DNA of 64,000 bases from a virus: IMG/VR virus record IMGVR_UViG_3300050821_002136, positions 32,001 to 96,000 of that record; one strand, written 5' to 3'. Position 1 is the stretch's first letter. The number at the start of each line of letters is the position of its first letter. Positions 43,701-53,700 of the stretch are shown here, piece by piece. A program made the position numbers and the translations under genes. Under the pieces are notes generated by a model. The model saw only the letters and a list, made by a program, of their open reading frames with translations. It was not told where the DNA came from and searched no databases.

Positions 43701-46321
43701 TCGTCAAAGAGCTGCTTCTCAGCAGGCTTATCGCCTTTAGTGAAGCCATACGGATCTTCATCTGTAGGTTCAATCTTGATTCCCAATGTCTTGGTGGCGT
43801 AATCCCACTGCTTATTGATGTCCTTCTTCAGTGCATCATAGCTTGCTTTGACCGCAGGATCGTTAGGATCGTGTTTCATTTTGTCAAATGCATCAGCTAT
43901 GTCTGCCGCTCGTTTGTCTGTGCCTTTTATTTTCTCTGGCTGTACAGGATGAAGACTTTCGGCCTTGTTGTAATCGTCTGCAGCCTTAGCCATATCCACA
44001 GGCTTCTTAGCTGCCTCCTTGAGACGCTGAGCTTCCAGAACCTGCTCAGAAAGTGTGCCTTCAGGCTTGTTGGCCTTAGCTTGCGCCATGAAGTCCGTGT
44101 CTTTCTCAGCGCCTTCTTTGGTGCCCACGGTCTCTGCCTCAGATGTTCCTCCGGCTACGCTCTTAGGCCCACCTTCGTGCTCCTGCATAATTGCACGGGA
44201 GCGCTGAGCTTTAGACAGAGCATTACGCTCAGCTTCAGACCAGATAGTAGTGTCCTTCTTCCTGAACTCATCAGACAGCCTAGAAATGTTGTCAATGTCT
44301 TCCTTAGGCATCTTTGAAAGCACATCATTCACGAAGTCATCACGCTCAACACGGTGACGATTGTCGTCGCGCTTTGCAAAGTCATATTCTGATTCGTCTA
44401 CGCCATACTTCTTGCCCAGACGAGCCAGTTCTTGGTCCGTGTGATCCTTGAGAACTTCTTCTACCTTGGATACATCCTCAGGAGATCCTTCTACATCTTC
44501 ATGCTTTGGAAGTGCTTCCTCGAACTTCTTAGGGACAACCTTAGCTTCTTCAGGTGTGTAGACCTTCTCACGCGTGCCAGCACCCTTTAGATCCAGATCT
44601 TCTGGAGCAATAAGCGGTGCCTCTTGAATATTGGTAGTAGCTTTGCCAAGCGGTGCCTTTTCTGCAGGTCCAGGTGGTTTCAATGCAACGGGCTTCGCTT
44701 TGCCCTGTAATCCTTCTTCAATCTTCTGCTGCAGATCGGATTCGGTGTCAACAATCTTTCCACCCTCAGCCTTGAGTGCACTTATTCTTCCAGGCTTAGC
44801 AGGCTTCACAGGGGGCAGGATATCGCCCTTAGGAGCAGCTGGAGCGGCTGGGACCTCCGGCGCACCTTCGGTTAACTGGTAACGCTCAGGAAGGGCTGGG
44901 AGCTGCGGAGTAACGCCTTGACGCACTGTGCCCCCAGGCATCTGCATCCTGGTGTTCATTGGAGGAACCTCAGGCCTTGCTGTGGGTTCCTGCGGGAATG
45001 TCTCGGGCTGTACTTGGCCGGGAGTCTTAACGTTCTGCTCTACAGGCTTAGGCTGCTCTATGCCTACTTTGCCTTCTAGGTCAGACATCAGCTTCTCTTG
45101 ACGAGTTTTCAACTCGGCGTCCGTAGGAGGAACAGCAGGTGCTTCCGGCGCGGGTGCAGGCGCAGCTTGCGCTGGGGCCTTTACTTTGGCCCTAATGGCT
45201 TCCTGAGCAGCGTCACGATGAAAGTGTGCTTCAGCTTGTGCTGCCTGCGCTTTGTCAAACGCTTTGATTGTGGCTTCTGGGGCTGGTACTCCCTGCTCTT
45301 CTGATCTTGCGTACACAGCACGGGCCTTGCGTGCGGCTTCAAATGCTTTGTCTGCTTTCTTGGTCTCACCTTCTAATTTTTCAAGGTTAATTGCATCTTC
45401 TTCCATACCAGCAAAGCGTATTGGGTCAACAGTCGAGCTATCAATGCCAAGCTTTTCCAATACACGACCGATTTTAGAGGCCACGTAAATAGAGTTCATG
45501 CCGTGACCTGCAGCAGCTCCGATTAGAGTGCCAGTCACTTCTGGGTTGTCTAAAGCTTTGGCTGCGATTTTCCCAGCTCCACGTAGGCCTGCATTTACAA
45601 CTGCACTTGTTGCGGGAAAAGGCTTCGCGCCTGCCTCAGCAGCTCCGGGGAGTGATCCTCCCGGCATAGCTTCCTCAGCAATTGGGCCTGCAAGACCATA
45701 GCCTGCGGCCTCTGTCAGGGCTCCAGAGTAGTCGCCTTTACCGAAGCGCTCTCCAAGTCCTACGGCCAGGGGTCCAACAAAAGGAACACTGGAAACAACA
45801 TTCCCAAGAGATTCGTAATTTCTATTTCTACGGAGTTGGTCGTCAACGCTTTCTGTTCCGAACTTATCCGTTTTTGGACCGGCAGCACGTATTTTTGCTT
45901 CATTGGCGCGTGCCTCATCACTGATGTGTTGAGAAGCGGCCGTACTTGGATCAACCAGAAGTCTCTTGGTTGCTAAGTCTACTCGTCCTAGCAATCCTGA
46001 CTCTGATTTCTTCTCTTCATCGGTTTTTGGCTCATCTGCAAAGGCGTGATAAGTCTGCTTTGCTATGTTTGGTAGAGCTACTCCTAGACGGCCTAAAGCA
46101 CTGCCCACTCCCGGCCCTTCATAGGCTTTATTTGCTACATCCAGAGCACCTTCTGTTTCTCCTCCAGTGGGTTGTTTAGTAACATGAGCCAAGTATGCCG
46201 CCTGATCATCTGGATGCGCGGCCTTGAAGTCAGGGTCAGTGGATGAAAGGTAATGGATCTGATCAGCTGGTGTAGCTGAAAGAAATCCCTGATCCGACTG
46301 CAGTTCTTCTGATGTAGGCAT
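40769..46321 (-). CDS. Large multi-domain (polyvalent) internal virion / ejection protein
   Basis: Third gene after the nozzle and GNAT-like genes. Contains hydrophobic Gly/Ala N-terminal helices, an HDxxGH domain, DUF3293-like, HhH-like and C-terminal GNAT domains. Confidence 0.72.
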   Translation of the reverse strand: MPTSEELQSDQGFLSATPADQIHYLSSTDPDFKAAHPDDQAAYLAHVTKQPTGGETEGALDVANKAYEGPGVGSALGRLGVALPNIAKQTYHAFADEPKTDEEKKSESGLLGRVDLATKRLLVDPSTAASQHISDEARANEAKIRAAGPKTDKFGTESVDDQLRRNRNYESLGNVVSSVPFVGPLAVGLGERFGKGDYSGALTEAAGYGLAGPIAEEAMPGGSLPGAAEAGAKPFPATSAVVNAGLRGAGKIAAKALDNPEVTGTLIGAAAGHGMNSIYVASKIGRVLEKLGIDSSTVDPIRFAGMEEDAINLEKLEGETKKADKAFEAARKARAVYARSEEQGVPAPEATIKAFDKAQAAQAEAHFHRDAAQEAIRAKVKAPAQAAPAPAPEAPAVPPTDAELKTRQEKLMSDLEGKVGIEQPKPVEQNVKTPGQVQPETFPQEPTARPEVPPMNTRMQMPGGTVRQGVTPQLPALPERYQLTEGAPEVPAAPAAPKGDILPPVKPAKPGRISALKAEGGKIVDTESDLQQKIEEGLQGKAKPVALKPPGPAEKAPLGKATTNIQEAPLIAPEDLDLKGAGTREKVYTPEEAKVVPKKFEEALPKHEDVEGSPEDVSKVEEVLKDHTDQELARLGKKYGVDESEYDFAKRDDNRHRVERDDFVNDVLSKMPKEDIDNISRLSDEFRKKDTTIWSEAERNALSKAQRSRAIMQEHEGGPKSVAGGTSEAETVGTKEGAEKDTDFMAQAKANKPEGTLSEQVLEAQRLKEAAKKPVDMAKAADDYNKAESLHPVQPEKIKGTDKRAADIADAFDKMKHDPNDPAVKASYDALKKDINKQWDYATKTLGIKIEPTDEDPYGFTKGDKPAEKQLFDDVKNNKHLGVFRGGNPLQEGHPLAEVDPKTGETYNTMFRAIHDLFGHVAQGHDFSESGEESAWNAHMQMMDPVARPAMTTETRGQTSWFFNNEGVRGGKTAGQFADQKAGVLPDFAMERDAVKPKEVFDHIKGDKKPFAVLTAENPGNERLSDAENIQRNHELLQDLKDKGYNPKAVGGVNKDVEGKTEHSYFVPDITPEDAAELGKKHGQESILTQEGLHHLESGKIDPSDNKGLITGDKAKEQPYYSIVDGEPFAVPFKETQPEGVYTPGEPESDVEMARRGADVPEKTDLTGNQKTMDAEERAKVQEELAKKGQGGGAPGRATKLPTGDELIKKYGESDGDPAHTAFILADGRGVAQTGGNIHDQMLGGKTTDANPPRERFINEQGAIRMRSYGAYGDRSFNMSIPKDGITTEQLEHLQKMSPQMRTGQVYVEVADPKSMDQVRNIAYGNATPEALEKAIRDIAPIKNAKGSPTDEFGNPTVSGGAPATAAAPAKEVNLGETAEKHLTPEEREGVTKSEASTKRFMDNMEKIPEVQEFVDAAKKGAGERKWYQRSGQAFDAMAKESPEYFDQPGDRDKFVGLLASGSPQQSVAMNMREALRVWTNYVDKGRPEGAALEKLLRQPSDKGGFTLPGAKVPNAMKALAGEPMWPDISKNSAFKVPSFADNLKGVLNRVTNDGWMALFSDMKAGDIQSAHSYHPISVMTRAAAEELGWEPAEAQAAVWAFIKTLTEKGVEASEDPYEMRRYSEDFSDIIQHDPDTINLLKDMGIDHGKLVERLAKEVEPKPKPKDTSGASPTSEDSARRAFKRVEAARGKGTIPAAKTGNLFSGVEPAEDETTEFNPDQFRTQTEESPSVKVTPLSERPQKTILSVKVDGEKAGQMSMTPVPELGKDAMEISTSQLNPAFRSKGHGTEMYKQAIDYARSKGVRTLYSDNQVSIKAENVWQSLVRDGDATWDNASKRYKIKITPLGKAR

Positions 46322-46335
46322 TCTTGGCTCCTATG

Positions 46336-49056
46336 TTATCTTAGTTTGGTCTCTTGTTTCTTTTTCCAGTCCGCAAACCCACTTGTTGTAGCTGCTGGGG
46401 CAGTTGCGGCAGGTGTTTGTGGTTTAGACGGTTCTGGCTTTGGTGAGGCACCACCACCTTCAGGCTTCTGTACAGGTTGCTGTGCCCCTTGACGTACAGT
46501 GTCATCAATGCTCTTAGTGTTAGAGGTATGCTCAGCATTAAAGGACTTCCCTAGTTTGTCTAGGAACTTGCCAACCTCTTCTTTGTACTCGGTCGGAATC
46601 TCACCGGCCATCCACTTGTCGGCGTGAGCAGACGCCCAGCGACCAAGACTTCCCTCGGCAGGCAAGAATCTATCCAGCTCCTGCTTATTGATACGCTTCA
46701 CACCTTCCGCAGATGTAGTAGTCAAAGTCGTAATGACCGGAACAACGTTGGCTGCAAACTGAGATGTGTCTGAATCTGCCAGAGCATCTTTGGCCAGTTG
46801 TATCTGGTTAATGACCTTATCGTAGCGAGCGTTCTCTGTGTTTTGAAGTTCGTCCGCTTTGAGACCTCTCTGATTTGCATCAGCATTCTGCTGCACCAAC
46901 AAAGCTCGTGTGGTGGCAAGGTCGCTACCAAACTTAGTCTTCTGTTCAGCGTATGGCAATGCTGCTATAGCCTTAGCGTTGGTGTCTGCTGTCTCAAGAG
47001 CAATCCTTGCTGTTTCACGGTTTGCTGGTGTATCTTCCATGTTGTGCGCGTGGACATAGTCAGCAACCCGTTTCTGGCGCTCATTCATTTTAGCATTCGA
47101 CGCATCAAAACTGGCTTTAGCAAAGGCTTCCTCAGGGTTATACTTCTTTCCTGTGTCTGGGTTGATTTGCTTCTGCAACTCATTCATGGCCTGTTGAAGC
47201 GGGGCCTTACCTGCGCCCGTAGAAAGTTGAAGAGCTTCCGCATCTGTGTAAGGTTTCTGTGTGTCTGGGTTGATCTGCGGTCCTCCATCAGGTCCACCAC
47301 GCATAGCGTGCATATACACCTGTTCGGACGGGGTCTTAGCACCTGCTACTCGTGTTTGTGCTTTCTCCAACTCTTCTTTGGTAGCTTCTCCTATCTGAGT
47401 ACGAGCACGGTCTTCTTGCGCTCGCTTGTTCAGTTCGGTGCCGGGGATAAGGGACATAGTAGCAGGAGCTACGATGTTTCCTGCAATGTTTCCTGCCTTA
47501 GCCAGTCCGTGCTCTATTTTCCCCAATACGCCGGGATGATTGGCTTCAGAACCATAAGGATTCATCTTGTCAAAATGCTGTGCAGCAAGTGTCAAACTAG
47601 CGGCCTCCTCACGTCCTTCAGGGGTACCTTTATCGAGTGCAGCCTGTATACGCGTCTGGTAGTCTTGACGTTTCGACAACAGTTCTTGATGCGCCGTATC
47701 TGCTGTAGGTGCGAGCGGTGTTGGTAGAGCAGGCTCTTCTCCTTGTCCTGCCTTGAGCATACGTTCATTGATCTTCGACATGCCCAAGCCAACAAGGTCA
47801 CCCTTTCTCATGGCTTCTTCTTGGTCTTTCTTAACTACGGCCATTTTAGCATCTTCGGCATTACCGACAGGATAGCCTGCGGCTGGATCACCCGCGTTTA
47901 CAATTTTGTTACCTGACTGCGGTGCATTAGGGTGATCCGTAGTTCCACTATCCACTGGGGTTTCTATGGAGGGCAGAGGTTTCATCTTTGAAGAAAAAGG
48001 AGAAGCTGTACCAAGAGGCGCTTTGGTAGATGCTAGGGATATCACAGGGCTGGCTTGGCCATCCTCAGATGGACGCATAGGACCACCACCGTTAAACTTT
48101 ATTTCTGGTTCTGGTTCTGCGTCAGCGTTGCTTATGTCCGTGTGCTGTTTACCCAACGGAGCATTCTCTATGCTCATCTTTGCTCCCTGTAATTTGTAAT
48201 CAGGGGGAGCATGCTCAGTGTCCAGCATTGGTTTGATGTTTTTAGGGTTAGAAATAACTCGTCCACCGAAATCTACAGGTGCCCCGTGTTCTTGGTTTGC
48301 CTCAGCTTCGGCTTGACGATATGCTTCAGCTTTTTCTGGGTCGAGAACATGTTCTCCTTTGTCAAGGTTTGCTACTTGGTCCTCCGGCACAGTGCCTCCC
48401 TCTTGGTAGGACGGTAACCTGCCGAGGGCTGTAGGTACTGGCATCTTAGGTCCGACTGCCCCTACTCCTTCAGGTGTGCTTGGATTAATTTCGTTACCCT
48501 GAGGGTCTAGTCTCTTTTCTCCTGGACGGTTTCCGTATTCACCATAAGGGTGCAGCTTATCTACACCAGCAGGAGAGAATGGTCTCATTTGTGTTGCTGG
48601 GTCTCGCGGATTTTCTCCTTGGGCTTTCAGGTCGTCAACAAGTTGCATCTTATTGCCAATGGCCTGCACTTCTTCATTGGGAGATGTCGTAGGAAACTTA
48701 GTTCCTTCGTTGTAGATCTCATGTGCACGATCAGCTATACGTCCTAATGCTGTAGGAGGAGCATTGCCTAGTGCTGCCGACTTATATGCGTGGGTCTCTT
48801 CGGGATTTAGTACGCGTTCTCCCTGGTCAACCTTAGCAACTTGGTCCTTAGGAACATCCCCACCTTCGGCATAGGAGGGCATGGCCCCTAGGTTTGAGCC
48901 TCCAATTACCTTAGGAGATGCTTGTCCCAATAGGGACGCTGGGTGAGAAACATCCAACATGGGGTCGTCTTGTTGGTTCAGAGTTTGAAAAGGCAGAGGT
49001 TTAACCTGAGGCTTCTCCTTCTTTACGTCTTCTAGTTGTGAACCGATTCCTGGCAT
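46336..49056 (-). CDS. Internal virion / ejection protein
   Basis: Position; disordered Pro-rich N half with two Y.EGG.VP.DQVA..D.GE.VL.PE repeats; helical C half. Confidence 0.62.
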   Translation of the reverse strand: MPGIGSQLEDVKKEKPQVKPLPFQTLNQQDDPMLDVSHPASLLGQASPKVIGGSNLGAMPSYAEGGDVPKDQVAKVDQGERVLNPEETHAYKSAALGNAPPTALGRIADRAHEIYNEGTKFPTTSPNEEVQAIGNKMQLVDDLKAQGENPRDPATQMRPFSPAGVDKLHPYGEYGNRPGEKRLDPQGNEINPSTPEGVGAVGPKMPVPTALGRLPSYQEGGTVPEDQVANLDKGEHVLDPEKAEAYRQAEAEANQEHGAPVDFGGRVISNPKNIKPMLDTEHAPPDYKLQGAKMSIENAPLGKQHTDISNADAEPEPEIKFNGGGPMRPSEDGQASPVISLASTKAPLGTASPFSSKMKPLPSIETPVDSGTTDHPNAPQSGNKIVNAGDPAAGYPVGNAEDAKMAVVKKDQEEAMRKGDLVGLGMSKINERMLKAGQGEEPALPTPLAPTADTAHQELLSKRQDYQTRIQAALDKGTPEGREEAASLTLAAQHFDKMNPYGSEANHPGVLGKIEHGLAKAGNIAGNIVAPATMSLIPGTELNKRAQEDRARTQIGEATKEELEKAQTRVAGAKTPSEQVYMHAMRGGPDGGPQINPDTQKPYTDAEALQLSTGAGKAPLQQAMNELQKQINPDTGKKYNPEEAFAKASFDASNAKMNERQKRVADYVHAHNMEDTPANRETARIALETADTNAKAIAALPYAEQKTKFGSDLATTRALLVQQNADANQRGLKADELQNTENARYDKVINQIQLAKDALADSDTSQFAANVVPVITTLTTTSAEGVKRINKQELDRFLPAEGSLGRWASAHADKWMAGEIPTEYKEEVGKFLDKLGKSFNAEHTSNTKSIDDTVRQGAQQPVQKPEGGGASPKPEPSKPQTPAATAPAATTSGFADWKKKQETKLR

Positions 49057-49066
49057 GTTTTCTCCT

Positions 49067-49681
49067 TTATGACGACTTAAAGCCTTTATAGGCAGTTGCT
49101 ATGTCTGCTCCAGTTTTAGCTAGTCCTTCTGCGTTCTGAAGCCAGCCGGACTTGCTTGCATTGGTAGCTGCATTGATGTCGCCTGAGACTTGTCCCATGG
49201 CATCGAGCTGGCCTTTGAGATTCTCTCCGTACAGACCGGCTTCTCCTGCTAGTCCTTGCTGGTTCAATTGCTTTGCGCCCATCACATCCTGAGCAGCTAC
49301 GCCTTCAGATACTCCGGCTCCAGCCTTCATACGATCCCTGGCCATTTGCTGTTCTGACTTAACTATGCCTGCAGCGTTGCCTGTGGAAGCAGCTGTGCGC
49401 TCTAGGTCGCCCTGGGCAGCGCCTTCTCCAGCTCCTATGCCTGCTCCAGCGCTTGTGAGTAGCTCGTTGATGTTTGTTGGATCATAGAGATGCTCAGCAG
49501 TCGCCTCTCTTCGGTATGTGGGATCTAAGAACGAGCGCTCACTGGTCGCAGCCGTTCCAAGGCCTGCACCTACGTTAGCTGCCGTGCCTGCGGCTGTTTT
49601 GGCTGCACCTTCTTCGGCACGCAGGAACATTCCAAGTGCTGGTTGAATAAATACCTTGAACATTAAGCTATAAATCGTCAT
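49067..49681 (-). CDS. Small ejection/pilot protein (P22 gp7 / T7 gp14-like position)
   Basis: A/G/Q-rich; AGGAG RBS; ATGA coupling. Confidence 0.6.
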   Translation of the reverse strand: MTIYSLMFKVFIQPALGMFLRAEEGAAKTAAGTAANVGAGLGTAATSERSFLDPTYRREATAEHLYDPTNINELLTSAGAGIGAGEGAAQGDLERTAASTGNAAGIVKSEQQMARDRMKAGAGVSEGVAAQDVMGAKQLNQQGLAGEAGLYGENLKGQLDAMGQVSGDINAATNASKSGWLQNAEGLAKTGADIATAYKGFKSS

Positions 49682-50085
49682 TGCTTGTCTCCTGCGTGCT
49701 TTGTGTACACTGCCCAATCTGGGCGGATCTTGGTAAACTGTAAATCTTTGAGTCGTCTTCCGAATCTCTCATAGCCAGGAGGCACGCAGCAAAGCACGCT
49801 GTCGTATCCGAGACTGGCTGCTGCTTCGTTGGCTTCTTTGTCAAGAGCCTTGATGGTTAACCATTTGGACTCTGCATCGGCCCAAGAAGTCTTGTCCATC
49901 CAAAGATGACACTCCAGAGCGTGTTGCATTCCATATGCCGCCCTGACGCTCCCATCTACTTCCAGGACCTTGGTCACCGGGAATCTCCCAAGGTTGGGCA
50001 GACGATAGTCTATGCCGTTTGCTTCGTGAATTCTTTGTATTGCCAAGAGGTCACTTGGGAGGTAGCTACGAATTTCTGCGCCCAT
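49678..50085 (-). CDS. GNAT-fold-like assembly protein (T7 gp13 / P22 gp14-like position)
   Basis: IRSY..SDL..I...LGY....C......F.R.L..L.F pattern; synteny. Confidence 0.55.
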   Translation of the reverse strand: MGAEIRSYLPSDLLAIQRIHEANGIDYRLPNLGRFPVTKVLEVDGSVRAAYGMQHALECHLWMDKTSWADAESKWLTIKALDKEANEAAASLGYDSVLCCVPPGYERFGRRLKDLQFTKIRPDWAVYTKHAGDKQ

Positions 50086-50705
50086 TACGCTAGACTCCGT
50101 TTCGGCCCCGGGGCAGGACGATTGAGCACAGTCCCTAGACCGCGCCCTCCCTGCTGAGGAGACGCTGTGCCGGAACCTGTGGAGGTAAGCAAAGAAGCAG
50201 CTGTGGTCCCAGTCAGGACGATCTGTGTCGGGTTTGCTAATCCTCCCAGCACGGTAGGTTTCTGGGGGTCACTACCATGGTACTGAGGGTACGCTCTGTG
50301 GTAATAGATTTGAGGTGTCACACCATCACTTTGTATTGATGGAAGGTGCAAGAATAACGAGCGACTACTCCCCGCGTCCACAACGTGAGGGTTTGAAAAA
50401 TTGGGATCTGTACTGATCTCGTGTATGTATTGCACACCTTTTTGCAATTCTGAGTTGTGTGTCAGAGTAAGGTGTAGGAGTTCGTTGGACACTTTTATAA
50501 CGTTGCCGGTTTGCGTGCCAGCTACCTGAATAGAGTCTATAGGGGCTGGAGGAGGAAGTTTTCCTACCGCAGATGCGCCTACGTTCAGTGCAAGACTGTT
50601 TACAGCGTCTATGATGCGTTTTAGGAGGGAGCCATGATTGAAATCTTTCTGCGCTATGGTAGAGAGTTCTTGTCCACCTTCTAGCACTGCGTTTTTACTC
50701 TGCAT
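50085..50705 (-). CDS. Virion structural protein
   Basis: GGGAG RBS before MQSKNAV; Fn3-like Y..E.S.D.NF pattern. Confidence 0.55.
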   Translation of the reverse strand: MQSKNAVLEGGQELSTIAQKDFNHGSLLKRIIDAVNSLALNVGASAVGKLPPPAPIDSIQVAGTQTGNVIKVSNELLHLTLTHNSELQKGVQYIHEISTDPNFSNPHVVDAGSSRSLFLHLPSIQSDGVTPQIYYHRAYPQYHGSDPQKPTVLGGLANPTQIVLTGTTAASLLTSTGSGTASPQQGGRGLGTVLNRPAPGPKRSLA

Positions 50706-50759
50706 TAAGAAGCTCCCTTCTAAAGTTTGAGGAGGTGTGCTTAGCACCTCCCCTGGGTT

Positions 50760-53700
50760 TTACACTATGCCAGCGTTGCCGCCGCCAGTCGGAGAAATAG
50801 AAGACCAAGCGTCTTGCTTTCCCGTGAGCAGTATTTTATGCAGTTCGAACCATGAACCCACCGCATTAGTACTGACTTCAATGAATGCTCGGTTTCCTTT
50901 CACATTAATGCTCCGCATGTAGTCGTCTTGAACTGGGTTGTTCAAGTTGATTCCAATGGGCACAGTATAGGGATACCGCGCATCCAAGGTGTTGGGGTAC
51001 ATCTTTGTGAGCAATGCCCCATTGCCTTCGGCCGTCAATTGCAGCACTGTGTAGCGCTTTTGGTGCATGCCAAAGATCGGCATTGTGACAGACTTGGCTG
51101 CGTTCACAAATCCGTACGTAGTGTACAGACTGTAGATTGCAACTCCGTCATCGCTTCTTTGCATAGGATCGAGTTGGTAGATCTTGGAACTATCTATCCC
51201 ATTGCAAATGAAAAGAGGGACATCATTCAAGTTCTGCCTTGTAACGAAGCCCATATACGGTGTTGGAATCTGCCAAATAGACCACTTCCTACGCATGTCG
51301 GGACTGGCTAACGTGCCGAACATCGTGGCGTGTACTTGTATTGCGCTCATCAACTCCTCGAAGGACCCTAGAGCCTCATAGTTCAACATTAGGATTACGT
51401 TGGGAGTAGTAGGCTTTGGGTTGAACGGTGCGTGGGGCAACCATTGTACTGTCTTAGTAGCTTGACCAGTGACTGGGTCGGTGCCAGTGGGCAATGGAAC
51501 AGCGCAGAGAATCCTGCGATTTATGATGTCATTTCTCAGAACGATGGTATTCCCAGCGTCCCAGTTTATGGCATTGTATAGCTGTTCGATTTCCAAACTA
51601 AAGAGCTTAGGCTGGCCTCCGTCCGTCGCCCAGATGCCATTACGGCAAGCCATGATGGCCCACTCCTCACCTGTGTCATAGGAAGCGATGCCTATGGCTC
51701 CTACACGATTGCTGACCTCATTTATGGACCAGCCTCCAGGTTCAGAGTTTGGATTGTCCTTAGTTATGTACAGACTGCTTGTTTTAGTCAAGTAGAGACT
51801 GTCTCGTAAAATGAAAGCCCCTGTGCATGTCTGTGCGTTTTGAATGGATGTGTCTAGGATTCCTCCGTCACCAGATGTGTCAATGGACTCTGGCTTGCCT
51901 ATGTAGGACCCGTAGACCTGTGCTCTAATAAACGGAAACTTTGTGGGAAATACTTCTATTCTGTCTACTAGAACGTCTGCGCCTATGCCCATGTTTATCA
52001 CACGGAGACGCAATACCAATGTAGCTGGCAAAGACTTCAGGTTTGCGAACGGAGCTATCAGTAGGGTTCCGCTGAACACTGAACTAATCGTAGTCATACT
52101 AGTCAAGGGGACTGAGAATGATCCGTATGTGTTCCCGAAAATGCCGCCGCTCAAGTCCACAAGGTCAATCACCAGTGTTCCTAATCTAATGCCCGAAAGG
52201 CACGCGCACGCTACACGTACAGAGTAAAGCGTATTAGGCCTGATGATTTGGACTTTATATGGGTCTTGAAAAGCGGTCTGAGTGATTGTTCCCATGACTG
52301 GCTGAATGCTGCCGGTCGTGTTGGAAATGTACAACGCTTGTCCCGTTACAGGGCTAGTAAGCAGTGTAATTTCATTGTTCGTAGCATGGATTCCCCAACC
52401 AAGCGGGAGAATTGTGCCAGTAGGGTTCGGTAGGTACCCACCATCAAAGCTAAGGTTGTTAAAGTTGTCTACCTTATTCAACATCATGCCATAGAACATG
52501 CGGCTTGAGTACGCAACTGACCAAGCGGGACTTCCTAGCTCTATAAGATTGAACAAGTTTCTTCCTTGAATGTCAATCTCTGTAGAATTCAAAAGTACTG
52601 CGTCGGTAAAGCTAAAAGCTGCTGTAGTGTCTATGTTGTTTCTGATGATGGTAGACGTGTATGTGGTAGTTACCGTTCCAATCGTAATGACGACGGGATT
52701 CTCTATCACATAAAAGTTCGCTCCAGGCACTCCATTTTGTCCTGCCTCAGTAATCGCTATGCCTCGCGCAACTACATCAGGTGGGCCTATGGGAATGCTA
52801 GAAACGTTAAGCAGGTTTGCGTTCGATGAGACAGTGAACGTGATAGGAGGGGAAGCTGGTGTCCAATTACCGCTCTCTGTAATGAAGAAAACGATAGCCT
52901 GACGAGTGCCTGCTCCGATAGGTACAATGGAGCTGCCTTGGGAGCCTCCAATTATAGCGACGTTCCCACCGCTGCCATTTCCGAAAATTACGTTCGTAGT
53001 CGTCCCTTGGAATTTTTCCCCAGGATCAAACGTAAACTCCGTTCCAAACTCTGTAGCTTGTCCTTGGGTCTCCACCGTTTGCCCAGGTAAAATTCCTGGA
53101 GGTGCAGCAATGCCCGTAACTGTGAAAAACGAGCCTGAAACTGTAGCAATCACGAACGTGCCATTAAACACTGCATTATTCGTGCAGTTAATGATTGTCA
53201 CAATGTTGCCAACAGTAGGAGGTGTGGTAGTAGTGCCTGCAAAATTCCAGCCGTACGTAGCTGTGTTCGTGGAATAGTTAAAGCCTGTGCTGGTGATGTT
53301 ATAAGCTCCACCGTTCAAGGCTTCGACAATCGTCCATGTATTGTTCCACCCTGAAGGTGTCACTCCCGTGATCGTTATGGGAGAACCAGCAGTTAAGCCG
53401 GGGATAGGTGTGCTAGTTGTCAGTGTGGCTAAAGTTTGTCGGTACTGAGATCCCACAATGCCAACACCAGGATAGTGCCCAGTAGTGGTAAATGTGAACG
53501 TGAAGAATGCTAGGGTCTCTGAGGTACCAGGGTAAAACCCTTGCCCCATACTAGTAACTTGCCAAATTCCGTTGAAATTAAATCCGCCTTGCACAGCTCC
53601 AGTGATTTCTACAAATACCGCATTGCCTGAGGCCATAGCTGCCGCAAGGTTGGCATCCGTAGGATTGGGGTCTGAGTGTACGCTGTAGTACACGGTGACG

